DNA of 64,000 nucleotides, from positions 63,434-127,433 of IMG/VR virus record IMGVR_UViG_3300030102_008089; one strand, 5' to 3'. This stretch comes from a virus. Positions within the stretch are counted from its first letter, which is position 1. The number at the start of each line of letters is the position of its first letter. The notes under the pieces were generated by a model. It did no database searches, was not told the origin of the DNA, and saw only the letters and a program-made list of their open reading frames with translations. Positions 9,965 to 19,003 of the stretch are shown in pieces. The position numbers were made by a program, and so were the translations under genes.

Positions 9965-10273
9965 ATGAAAGAGTACTATAAATTTTACCTAACGTTACAC
10001 CAACATCCTAAGTGTAAATTACTACACTTCTTAGGTCAATGGTTTACAATATTCTTTGCCTCTTATGTAATATATAACTGGTATTGGTTTTTGTTCCCAG
10101 CGATACCTTTAGTAGTATATCCTTTTGCGTGGGTTGCCCACGGAGTATTTGAAAAAAACAAACCTCTAGCCTGGGAAGGTAAAAAAGATTACGGTTGGAC
10201 CACCCTTAAGGCAAAAGCTTGTGACTGGATTATGTTCTATGAAATCATTAGAGGTAGGCATCGGATATGGTAG
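9965..10273 (+). CDS. DUF962 / Mpo1-like small membrane protein
   Basis: FYLTLHQHPKCKLLHFLG ... YPFAWVAHGVFEKNKP matches the DUF962 His pattern; two hydrophobic segments. Confidence 0.75.
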   Translation: MKEYYKFYLTLHQHPKCKLLHFLGQWFTIFFASYVIYNWYWFLFPAIPLVVYPFAWVAHGVFEKNKPLAWEGKKDYGWTTLKAKACDWIMFYEIIRGRHRIW

Positions 10274-11205
10274 ATAAAAAAGTTTTAATCATAGGTGGGT
10301 GTGGTTATATTGGTACAAGATTACGACCGCACTTAGAGGAGAAATTTACTGTTTCTACTTTAGACACTGAGTGGTATGGTAATTTTTCTTCCAAAGAAAA
10401 TATTAAAAGAGATATGATGTATCTCACGGCAGAACAATTATCAAAGCATGATGTTATCATTTTGTTGGCAGGACACTCTAGTGTTAAGATGTGCGAAGAC
10501 AATTTACAGGGTACTTTTAAAAATAATGTAGCTAATTTTGTCAGACTGTTGGATAATATCCACAAAGATCAAATATTCATATATGCTAGTAGTTCTTCGG
10601 TCTATGGGGACACAGGCTCAAGAGTTGTTGATGAGTCTTATTCAATGTTTAAGCCAAACAACTACTATGATCTGTCAAAGCATGAGATTGATTCTTATGC
10701 TGAATTGTCCGATAAGGTTTACTTTGGTCTTCGGTTCGGTACTGTAAATGGATACTCACCGAACTTACGCAATGATATTATGATCAATGCTATGACATAT
10801 AATGCCATAGAAAACAAAAAGATATTTTGCTTCAATCCAGAAGTTAATAGACCTATTTTAGGGATTTCTGATTTATGTCGAGCGATTGAAACCATAATAG
10901 AAAAAGGCACAAGAGAAAACAAAGGCGTTTATAACCTAGCTTCTTTTAATTCTAATGCGAAAGATATAGCGACTGGTGTTTCTAAAATTACAGGTGCCGA
11001 ATTGGTCATCTCGGATAAACCCCCAGAAAAAATAACAAATGTAAAACTTCAGGCAAAAGCTTATGATTTCTTGATAAAGTCAGAAAAATTTGAAAAAGAG
11101 TTTGACTTTCAATTTTCAGAAACTGTAGAATCAATAACACAGTCGATAGTTGATAACTATGAAAATATGAACAAAGGAAATAGATCAAATGTTAGACTTT
11201 ACTAA
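10267..11205 (+). CDS. NAD-dependent epimerase/dehydratase (extended SDR)
   Basis: IIGGCGYIG, YASSSSVYG, YDLSK, GLRFGTVNGYSPNLRND. Confidence 0.9.
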   Translation: MVDKKVLIIGGCGYIGTRLRPHLEEKFTVSTLDTEWYGNFSSKENIKRDMMYLTAEQLSKHDVIILLAGHSSVKMCEDNLQGTFKNNVANFVRLLDNIHKDQIFIYASSSSVYGDTGSRVVDESYSMFKPNNYYDLSKHEIDSYAELSDKVYFGLRFGTVNGYSPNLRNDIMINAMTYNAIENKKIFCFNPEVNRPILGISDLCRAIETIIEKGTRENKGVYNLASFNSNAKDIATGVSKITGAELVISDKPPEKITNVKLQAKAYDFLIKSEKFEKEFDFQFSETVESITQSIVDNYENMNKGNRSNVRLY

Positions 11206-12388
11206 GTTAGAAAAATGTCGTGTTTGTGGCTCAAAAGAACTGCTTAGTGTGTTGGATCTAAATGAACAACCTTTGGCAAACAGTTATCACAAAGGGGAAG
11301 AACAAAAAAATTTTCCACTTAAGATTAATACCTGTCAAAAATGCTTCCACACACAATTGAGTGTAGTTGTCAACCCAGACCTTATGTTTAAGGATTATTT
11401 GTATGTGAGCGGTACAAGCAAGACTTTGCATAAATATTTTGAGGACTTTGTTGGTTTTTGCGAGAAATATACAAAGCTCAAAGGAAACGTATTAGATATT
11501 GCCTGTAATGATGGAACACAGTTGGACAAGTTTAAAGACAAGGGTTGGCAAACTTTCGGCGTGGACCCAGCAGAAAATCTTTATCAACTAAGTAAAGACA
11601 ACCACAACGTTGAGTGTGACTATTGGAGTGGCTCTACTGCTTTGAAGTTTGGTGTTAAATTTGATCTTATTACAGCACAAAATGTCTTTGCCCACGTTAA
11701 TGATGTACATGGTTTTCTACAATCTTGCTCGCTATGTTTAAACCCTAATGGGGTTCTTGTAATTCAAACATCCCAGGCAGATATGATTTTAGATAATCAG
11801 TTTGATACGGTTTATCATGAACATCTATCCTTTTTTAGTTCTTCCTCAATGAAGAAGTGTGCAAATATAAACGGCTTTTCTCTGGTTGACATTCAAAAAA
11901 CAGATGTACACGGCGGAAGTTATGTTTTTGTGTTGCGTTATGGAGTCCATAATGAAAGTTTGGCTCAAGACCAAATCGATAATGAGCGAGATAGGGGACT
12001 ATATGACCTTGGAACCTACGAAGAGTATGCTAAGAATTGTTTGAATGTTGTAAACGATTTTCGAAATGCAGTTGAGTCTTTTCGAGAAAATGGGTACAAA
12101 ATTATTGGTTATGGAGCAGCAGCAAAAGGAAACACATTTTTAAACTTTGCAAGTATTAATCTCGACTATATTGTTGATGATAATGAATTGAAGTGGGACC
12201 TTTATACTCCTGGCAGAAATATAAAGATAAAAAACCCACAACAACTCAAAGAAGAGAATAGTGACAAAATTGTAGTTGTTCCACTTGCTTGGAACTTCTT
12301 TAAGGAAATAAGCAACAGGGCAAACGAGATTACAGGCACTAAATTAAAGTTTATCAAATACTTTCCTAAATTAGAGGTCATATCGTGA
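11189..12388 (+). CDS. NDP-hexose C3-methyltransferase (class I SAM, Zn-binding N-terminus)
   Basis: CRVCGS...LDLNEQPLAN...C..C zinc domain, LDIACNDG, YHEHLSFF, HGGSY, C-terminal GYGAAAKGNT. Confidence 0.9.
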   Translation: MLDFTKLEKCRVCGSKELLSVLDLNEQPLANSYHKGEEQKNFPLKINTCQKCFHTQLSVVVNPDLMFKDYLYVSGTSKTLHKYFEDFVGFCEKYTKLKGNVLDIACNDGTQLDKFKDKGWQTFGVDPAENLYQLSKDNHNVECDYWSGSTALKFGVKFDLITAQNVFAHVNDVHGFLQSCSLCLNPNGVLVIQTSQADMILDNQFDTVYHEHLSFFSSSSMKKCANINGFSLVDIQKTDVHGGSYVFVLRYGVHNESLAQDQIDNERDRGLYDLGTYEEYAKNCLNVVNDFRNAVESFRENGYKIIGYGAAAKGNTFLNFASINLDYIVDDNELKWDLYTPGRNIKIKNPQQLKEENSDKIVVVPLAWNFFKEISNRANEITGTKLKFIKYFPKLEVIS

Positions 12389-13191
12389 GAGTGGCAATAC
12401 TAATAACAGGGCAGATGCGAGACTATCAAGTAAATCTTGAGAATCATTTGAAACAAATAATACATCCTAATAATGCGGATGTTTTTGTGTATGCTTGTAA
12501 TAAAAATACAATTCACACGATAGGGTCTAGTACGAATCAAAAATACAATATAACCTCAACAGAAGATTCTGATGCTTTAGAACAACAGATTAGAGAGTCT
12601 TATGGCACTAACTTGAAAGAGGTTGTAATAGAAGAAAATGAAAATCTTGACGACAGTGATTTTGGAACGTTAGGGTACTTTAAGAAAAGAATGAATAACC
12701 AGATGTCCAATATAAGAAAAGGATATCTTATGGCTGTAGAACATTCACAGAAAAACGGTTTCCAATACGATGTAATTGTAAGGTGTAGACCAGATAATTC
12801 AATGTTTTTAAAGCCCGTGTTACTGAAAGATTACAAAATAGAGGATGGAGTTATCCACTCTACAGTATATCCGAGCGGACATAGGGATCCTTGGTTTTTT
12901 TCGTTTTCAAACCCTTCTACTTTTAATGAGTACTGTTCTTTTGTGTATATGGATGGAGAAGACGAAACTCGAACAGATGATAACTTTGACTGCCCAGAAG
13001 TAGCACTGGAGAAGTATCTTTCGAAGATTGGGAAAAAAACAATTTTGGTTCCAAGTATATGCAGGCCGTTTTATGCGTATGATAAAACACAGCCAATTAC
13101 AGAATTTCCTTTTGTCCGATGGAGCGAAAAGCTTTTAGACTCCGAGGGTAACTGGGTGGATATACCTAACTCTAGAACGGATAGCGAATGA
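12385..13191 (+). CDS. Hypothetical protein, possible glycosyltransferase or glycan-modifying enzyme
   Basis: GTG start; RVAILITGQMR and YDVIVRCRPD pattern typical of uncharacterised GT-like proteins in glycan clusters. Confidence 0.5.
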   Translation: MRVAILITGQMRDYQVNLENHLKQIIHPNNADVFVYACNKNTIHTIGSSTNQKYNITSTEDSDALEQQIRESYGTNLKEVVIEENENLDDSDFGTLGYFKKRMNNQMSNIRKGYLMAVEHSQKNGFQYDVIVRCRPDNSMFLKPVLLKDYKIEDGVIHSTVYPSGHRDPWFFSFSNPSTFNEYCSFVYMDGEDETRTDDNFDCPEVALEKYLSKIGKKTILVPSICRPFYAYDKTQPITEFPFVRWSEKLLDSEGNWVDIPNSRTDSE

Positions 13192-14102
13192 CTTCTAAGA
13201 AAGAAAACTTGCTGGACTTTGTTGGGTATCACGAAAAGTGGCATGGAGAGCCACAATCATATAGAAAGAAATATCAGTTTAACCAAAACGACTTTTTAAT
13301 TGAAGAAATTTTTAAAAGGATTGGAGTTGAGGGTGGTACATTTGTCGAGTTCGGTGCCTGGAACGGTATAAAGGGGTCCAATACTAGAAAGCTGTTTTTG
13401 AGCGGCTGGGGTGGTATCTTAATAGAGCCCGAAGAGAGCAGGTTCGATGAGTTACAAAAAAATTACTCAAATAATCCAAATGTTGTAACAATTAATTCTT
13501 TTGTAACCCCAGACGGTAGTACAACATTTGATAATCTTGTAAATGATTATGTGACAGACGGTATAGATTTTTGCTCTATAGACATAGACGGTCTTGATTT
13601 GGATGTTTTTGAAGCTATTGAGAAGCATCTTCCAACAGTTGTTTGCATAGAGGGTGGACAAATGCTCTCCCCTGTGCATCAAGAGAGGTTGCCGACTGAA
13701 ATTTCTAGCGAAAATATGCAACAAGGTTTGTTCATAATGAACAAGTCGTTTGAAGAAAAAGGGTATAAGATTCTCTGCTCTTATCAAGATACTTTCTTCA
13801 TCAAAAAGGAATACTATCATTTATTTAACACAACAGGTGATTTGGTAGAACTTTACCTTGATGGTATTTTAGCTTATCCAAGAATTCCATGGATTTTGCA
13901 AAAAATATCAGAGGTTAATTATAGGTTTGGTATCAATTTGTCTAATGACTTCTTATTATATGCTATAAGAGATGTTCCCTATTGCCACCCACAGGCACCC
14001 ACAGAACATAAGATTTCTTGGGTAAATGAAAATTATTCAAACATTGTTAAAAATATAGAAACTATTAGACAGAAATATGTAGAAAGCATAAAGGAGAAAT
14101 AA
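13188..14102 (+). CDS. FkbM-like SAM methyltransferase
   Basis: FVEFGAWNGIKGSNT, GWGGILIEP, DFCSIDIDGLD. Confidence 0.8.
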   Translation: MTSKKENLLDFVGYHEKWHGEPQSYRKKYQFNQNDFLIEEIFKRIGVEGGTFVEFGAWNGIKGSNTRKLFLSGWGGILIEPEESRFDELQKNYSNNPNVVTINSFVTPDGSTTFDNLVNDYVTDGIDFCSIDIDGLDLDVFEAIEKHLPTVVCIEGGQMLSPVHQERLPTEISSENMQQGLFIMNKSFEEKGYKILCSYQDTFFIKKEYYHLFNTTGDLVELYLDGILAYPRIPWILQKISEVNYRFGINLSNDFLLYAIRDVPYCHPQAPTEHKISWVNENYSNIVKNIETIRQKYVESIKEK

Positions 14103-14797
14103 TGTCTTATCTAGGTTACACAAAAATGATTTCGGAATATTGCGCTTCAGTATATTTTGAGACTAGACGACCCGTTAGGATTTTAGAGATTGGAGTCAGC
14201 AAGGGACAAACAGCACTTCCATTATTGAGCAACCTAACGACGGAAAGAGTTGATTTTATGTTTGTGGGTGTAGATGTATTAAAAGATGAAACATTTGAAA
14301 CTCAGATACAATATATGGATGGTGTCAGACCCGCACTCTGGACAAATGAGGGAACAATATCAGAACACAAACGTCCTAATTATTTTTACACAATTAGAAA
14401 TAGCTTAGAGTTTCTTCCTGAACTAGTACAAAACAATGTAAAATTTGATTGCATCTTATTAGATGGAGACCATAACTATGCCACAGTCTCAGAAGAACTA
14501 AAATATTTTAATAGTTTAACAGAACATCATGCTGTTTGTTTTGCTGACGATTATAATGGCAAGCACGCTGGAAAAGATTCTTTTTATAGCGAAAACGATG
14601 AGCATCAACAAGTGAAAGATATGTTTATTGAATTAAAAAATGATATCAATAAACAAGGGGTAGATACTGCTATAGATGAATTTCTTGAAAAAAATAATGA
14701 GTGGGATATGTTTAATCCAATGCCCCAATTTGAACCAGTGGTTATGTTTAAGAATATGACACTTGATGAAAAAAATATGAGCCTAACAAAGGTATGA
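14102..14797 (+). CDS. Class I SAM methyltransferase (Methyltransf_24-like)
   Basis: ILEIGVSKGQT, NSLEFLP, FDCILLDGDHNYATV, ADDY. Confidence 0.8.
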   Translation: MSYLGYTKMISEYCASVYFETRRPVRILEIGVSKGQTALPLLSNLTTERVDFMFVGVDVLKDETFETQIQYMDGVRPALWTNEGTISEHKRPNYFYTIRNSLEFLPELVQNNVKFDCILLDGDHNYATVSEELKYFNSLTEHHAVCFADDYNGKHAGKDSFYSENDEHQQVKDMFIELKNDINKQGVDTAIDEFLEKNNEWDMFNPMPQFEPVVMFKNMTLDEKNMSLTKV

Positions 14798-14807
14798 GAA
14801 CACGAAC

Positions 14808-15638
14808 TTGATAGTTATACAGTTAACAAATGGATTTGGAAATAATTTATTCCAATATAATGCAGCAAAATTATTGGCAGAGTTCCTTGGACAAGAGGTA
14901 TACTGTGTGCCGCCATTTCAAGATTACTATGCAATAAGTTCACTCAAATCGTTAGGTTTCAAGTTCCTAGAAAACAATCACACGGTTTCTGGAGTTGTTG
15001 TCCCAGAGAATTCTTATAACCTGTGTTTCGATAAAAAATACGAAAACGAAACATTTATTTTGTCTGGGTACTTTGAAGATTATCGATACTTTGACAAAGA
15101 CATAAATAAGATAAAATCTTGGTACCCAAAGGCAGAAAAAAGAAAAGACAAAGATCTTGTTATACACTTTAGGGCTGGAGATAGGTTATTTTACAAAAAT
15201 GAGTTTTATACCAAACCACAAGTGCAGAATTATAAGAGAGCAATAGAAAAATTTAATTTTGATAAACTTCATATTGTAACTGATATGCCAAAGTGGGACT
15301 TTATCACCAAGAGTGATCTAAAGTCCATGAGTTTTCATTATAATGTGCCAGAGAAAGATAGGGTCTCAGCACAGGAGTCGGTTGATTACTTTAATTCGTT
15401 CATTGACGGGTTTTCAGAATATAATCCAATTATGGAAAAAAGATCGATCGTAGATGACTTTAACTTCATAAGAACCTTTGATAATATATTGTTCCAACAT
15501 GGGACATTAGGATGGTGGGCTTCGGCTTTGAGTGAAGCATCCAAAGTTGGTGTTTATGGACCTTGGCGGACTTGGAAGGCAGACTCTAATAAAAACTTAA
15601 GTCAAGTTGGCCTAGAAGGTTGGTTTAAATGGGAATAA
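14808..15638 (+). CDS. GT11 alpha-1,2-fucosyltransferase-like protein
   Basis: TTG start; GFGNNLFQY, VIHFRAGD (HxRxGD) and GTLGWWASAL. Confidence 0.85.
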   Translation: MIVIQLTNGFGNNLFQYNAAKLLAEFLGQEVYCVPPFQDYYAISSLKSLGFKFLENNHTVSGVVVPENSYNLCFDKKYENETFILSGYFEDYRYFDKDINKIKSWYPKAEKRKDKDLVIHFRAGDRLFYKNEFYTKPQVQNYKRAIEKFNFDKLHIVTDMPKWDFITKSDLKSMSFHYNVPEKDRVSAQESVDYFNSFIDGFSEYNPIMEKRSIVDDFNFIRTFDNILFQHGTLGWWASALSEASKVGVYGPWRTWKADSNKNLSQVGLEGWFKWE

Positions 15639-15641
15639 AAA

Positions 15642-16496
15642 ATGAGTAAAATAGGAATAATTGGTTGCGGTTTTGTTGGTTCATCTATAAAATCTGGACT
15701 GTGTGAAAAGAACAATGTCAATTCATATGACAAATACAACACTGACTTATCCACGGTTGATAATCTTCAAGCACTTGTGGAAAAATCTGATATACTTTTT
15801 GTATGTGTGCCAACACCTATGAACAAGGATGGTTCCTGTGATACAAGAATAGTGGAATCTACTGTTCTTGAAGTGGATAAAATCACAAATCCTTTAAGTA
15901 AAAAAATAGTAGTAATAAAATCAACAGTTCCGCCAGGAACAACCAGTAAGCTACAGAGCGAAACTGCTAATGTAGATGTGGTTTTTAATCCTGAGTTTTT
16001 AACGGAGGCAAATCACATTGAAGATTTTAAAAACCAAAAAAGAATTGTATTAGGAGGAGACGGGTGTACTCCCGCTCTGGAAAAGCTCAAAGCAATGTAT
16101 ATGAAACAGTTCCCAGAGGTTCCGTATGTTTTGTGTGGCTCTTTAGAGGCGGAAATTACGAAATATTTTTGCAACTGCTACTTGGCTACTAAAGTTTCAT
16201 TTGCTAATGAAATGAGACAACTATGTGACTCTCTAAATGCAGATTACAACAGAGTGGTTGAGGCTTCCGTGTACGATACGAGAATTGGAAAAAGCCACCT
16301 TGCAGTCCCAGGACCTGATGGTAAAAAAGGCTTTGGTGGATCTTGTTTTCCAAAAGACATTAATGCTATTATGGACGTAATGAAAAAAAACAACATAGAG
16401 TCAAAAGTTCTTAGGGCTGTGTGGGACAAAAATCTAGAAGTTAGACCAGAAAAAGATTGGGAACAATTAAAAGGAAGGGCAGTAAGTTATGAATAA
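15642..16496 (+). CDS. UDP-glucose/GDP-mannose dehydrogenase family protein (short form)
   Basis: IGIIGCGFVG, VCVPTP, KSTVPPGTT, FNPEFL, catalytic GFGGSCFPKD; ends without the usual C-terminal UDP-binding domain. Confidence 0.9.
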   Translation: MSKIGIIGCGFVGSSIKSGLCEKNNVNSYDKYNTDLSTVDNLQALVEKSDILFVCVPTPMNKDGSCDTRIVESTVLEVDKITNPLSKKIVVIKSTVPPGTTSKLQSETANVDVVFNPEFLTEANHIEDFKNQKRIVLGGDGCTPALEKLKAMYMKQFPEVPYVLCGSLEAEITKYFCNCYLATKVSFANEMRQLCDSLNADYNRVVEASVYDTRIGKSHLAVPGPDGKKGFGGSCFPKDINAIMDVMKKNNIESKVLRAVWDKNLEVRPEKDWEQLKGRAVSYE

Positions 16497-17424
16497 AATA
16501 CTTGTAACTGGCGGCTCGGGAATGGTTGGTCACGCTGTCAAGCAAGTATGCCCCAGTGCAGACTATCCTACACGAAAAGAGTTAGACCTACTTGATGAAG
16601 AAGCTGTTAAAGATTTTGTAAAAGATGGTCATTATAATTTTGTGATACATTTAGCAGCAAAAGTTGGCGGTGTCAAGGCCAATACTGATTATGTGGCAGG
16701 TTTTTATACAGACAATTGTAAGATAAATTCAAATGTCCTGCATGCTAGTATGCTGGCGGGCGTAGAGAAAGTAGTTTCGCTTCTGTCTACTTGCGTATAT
16801 CCAGATAAGGTTACATATCCTATTACAGAAGAGCAGCTTCATTTGGGGCCTCCGCATCCCTCTAACTTTGGATACGCATATTCCAAAAGAATGGTGGATG
16901 TTCAAAGTAGAGCATATCGCCAACAGCATGGTTGTAACTTTATTTGTGCTATTCCAAATAATCTTTATGGAGAAAATGACAACTATCATTTGACAGATGG
17001 TCACGTTATTCCTGCCCTTATGAGAAGAATATATGAGGCTAAGCTAAACGGTGATTCAGAAGTCGAGGTGTGGGGAGATGGATCTCCTCGCCGAGAATTT
17101 ACTTACTCTCCCGATATTGCGGAAATTTTACTGTATTTGTTGAAAAGCTATGATAGTGCAGATCCGATAAATATAGGACACACAGCAGAATTGTCTATCA
17201 AGGAGGTGGCTGAATCTCTTTGCGAAAATTTAGGTTTTAGCGGAAAGATTTCTTGGAACACTAGTATGCCAAACGGACAGTTTAGAAAGCCAAGTAGTAA
17301 TAGAAAATTTCTAGATTTTGGCTGGGATGAAAATAAATATACTAGCTTTGACGTTGGTATAAAGAAATCTTGTGAATGGTTTGTAAATAATTACCCAAAT
17401 ATTAGAGGCAAAGTATATGACTAG
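16489..17424 (+). CDS. fcl: GDP-L-fucose synthase
   Basis: TGGSGMVG, HLAAKVGG, LSTCVYP, YAYSK, PNNLYGENDNY, HVIPAL, WGDGSPRREF. Confidence 0.9.
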   Translation: MNKILVTGGSGMVGHAVKQVCPSADYPTRKELDLLDEEAVKDFVKDGHYNFVIHLAAKVGGVKANTDYVAGFYTDNCKINSNVLHASMLAGVEKVVSLLSTCVYPDKVTYPITEEQLHLGPPHPSNFGYAYSKRMVDVQSRAYRQQHGCNFICAIPNNLYGENDNYHLTDGHVIPALMRRIYEAKLNGDSEVEVWGDGSPRREFTYSPDIAEILLYLLKSYDSADPINIGHTAELSIKEVAESLCENLGFSGKISWNTSMPNGQFRKPSSNRKFLDFGWDENKYTSFDVGIKKSCEWFVNNYPNIRGKVYD

Positions 17425-18283
17425 ATGTTTGGTAACGGGACACAAAGGTTACATTGGGGCGCACTTATTTAATAAGCTAAAAGAGTTGGGTCACGATGTT
17501 AGAGGTATTGATTATAAAGATAATCCTTCGGAAGATCTGTTGGTAGTTTTGGACAATGACCCATCTTATGCCGAATTTAAACCAGAAGTAATCTTTCACA
17601 TGGCTTGTATTCCTCGTGTTGGTTATAGTATGGAATACCCTGTTGAGACTATGACAAACAATGTTCTAGCCACAACTAAGATTTTAAACTTTGCTAATAA
17701 AGTAAAAGCCAAAAGAGTAATTTACTCAGGATCCTCTTCGGTTGTTGGTGACGGTAATGGTCCCAATAGTCCTTATGGTCTACAGAAACTTATTTCGGAG
17801 ATGGAGTGTAAGCTATACGCAAAAGTTTTCGATATCGATACAGTCACTCTCAGGTATTTTAATGTTTACTCGCCTGATCAATCTGCTAGTGGTCCGTATG
17901 CCACAGCAATTTCAAACTATATGCAATATATTCGAGATGGTCGAACACCCTTTATTACTGGTGACGGTAATCAGCGTAGAGATATGGTTAATGTTAAGGA
18001 TGTTGTTGGTGCTAATATATTTGCTATGAATCACAATAAGAATTTTAATGGAAAACATTATGATGTTGGTACAGGAAGTAATATTTCTCTCAATGAAGTA
18101 AAAGATATTGTTCAAAAACACTTCCCAGGTTTAGATTTTGAATATGTAGAAGACAGGCCTGGCGACATTTTATTTACACAAGCTGATGTTAAACCATTAA
18201 AGAAACTTGGCTGGAGTGCTAAGATAGATATACGAAACGGAATTAATGAATGTTTCCAGAAAACAAAAGGAGAAATAAAATGA
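17417..18283 (+). CDS. NAD-dependent epimerase/dehydratase (GalE/WbpP-like SDR)
   Basis: VTGHKGYIG, SPYGLQK, LRYFNVY, ITGDGNQRRDMVNVKDV. Confidence 0.9.
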   Translation: MTRCLVTGHKGYIGAHLFNKLKELGHDVRGIDYKDNPSEDLLVVLDNDPSYAEFKPEVIFHMACIPRVGYSMEYPVETMTNNVLATTKILNFANKVKAKRVIYSGSSSVVGDGNGPNSPYGLQKLISEMECKLYAKVFDIDTVTLRYFNVYSPDQSASGPYATAISNYMQYIRDGRTPFITGDGNQRRDMVNVKDVVGANIFAMNHNKNFNGKHYDVGTGSNISLNEVKDIVQKHFPGLDFEYVEDRPGDILFTQADVKPLKKLGWSAKIDIRNGINECFQKTKGEIK

Positions 18284-18447
18284 AATTTTCTAACCAAGCA
18301 ATTGGCTCTCTATTGATGACTTTACAAAAATGTCTGTCAGAGCAGACGGATATTACTGAATTGTTGGCAGATTGGGACCTAGAAATTAAAAACGACGAAA
18401 TTGTAGTAACTAATCCTCCGTCTTTTAAGTCAGATGTTATTGAGTAA
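18280..18447 (+). CDS. Small hypothetical protein (55 aa)
   Basis: AGGAG SD then ATG 18280 (MKFSNQAIG...), which overlaps the upstream stop. Confidence 0.7.
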   Translation: MKFSNQAIGSLLMTLQKCLSEQTDITELLADWDLEIKNDEIVVTNPPSFKSDVIE

Positions 18448-18710
18448 TGCCACTTTATAACTACGATTGTTTGGAGTGTGATAGTAGTTTTGAACTTAGG
18501 CACTCTTACAAAGAAAAGAATGTCGAGTGTATTGTGTGTAAGTCAAAGAACATTAAAAAGAACTTATCACAACGATCGCAAGTAACAAAAAAAATATCTT
18601 TTGTGGATAAAAAACTTGGATCTGAAGTAGAGAATGCAATTCAAGAAGGAAGACAAGATTTAAACAAACAAAAGTCAAAAATAAAGAACCGAACCTACAT
18701 CAAAAAATGA
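18447..18710 (+). CDS. FmdB-like zinc-ribbon protein
   Basis: MPLYNYDCLECDSSFE...CIVCKS (CxxC...CxxC). Confidence 0.8.
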   Translation: MPLYNYDCLECDSSFELRHSYKEKNVECIVCKSKNIKKNLSQRSQVTKKISFVDKKLGSEVENAIQEGRQDLNKQKSKIKNRTYIKK

Positions 18711-19003
18711 CAAATACTTTATTATCAATATTTTTGTTCTTATCTGTATCGATAAACATATTGTTTTTCTGGTACATTCGAAATCTTTTGCAGTATTTAA
18801 AAACAACAAATGAGGAAACAAAAGAAGTCTTGATAAAGATATCCGATTTTAGTGAGCATTTAACAACTGTTTATAACAGGGATATTTTTTATGGTGATGC
18901 TACTCTTGAGGCTTTACTTCTGCACACTCAAGAAATGTCAGAGGAAATGGAAGCTTTTGTTAAGACAAACAATAATATTATGTTAGAGACTGAAGATGCC
19001 TAG
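18707..19003 (+). CDS. Small membrane-anchored hypothetical protein
   Basis: N-terminal hydrophobic helix LLSIFLFLSVSINILFFWY followed by an acidic helical region. Confidence 0.65.
   Translation: MTNTLLSIFLFLSVSINILFFWYIRNLLQYLKTTNEETKEVLIKISDFSEHLTTVYNRDIFYGDATLEALLLHTQEMSEEMEAFVKTNNNIMLETEDA

Noticed and set aside
1-18283. Bacterial chromosomal O-antigen or capsule locus
   Set aside because: No wzx/wzy/wzz/ABC or housekeeping genes; it runs straight into phage sigma-like, gp25 and gp6 genes.
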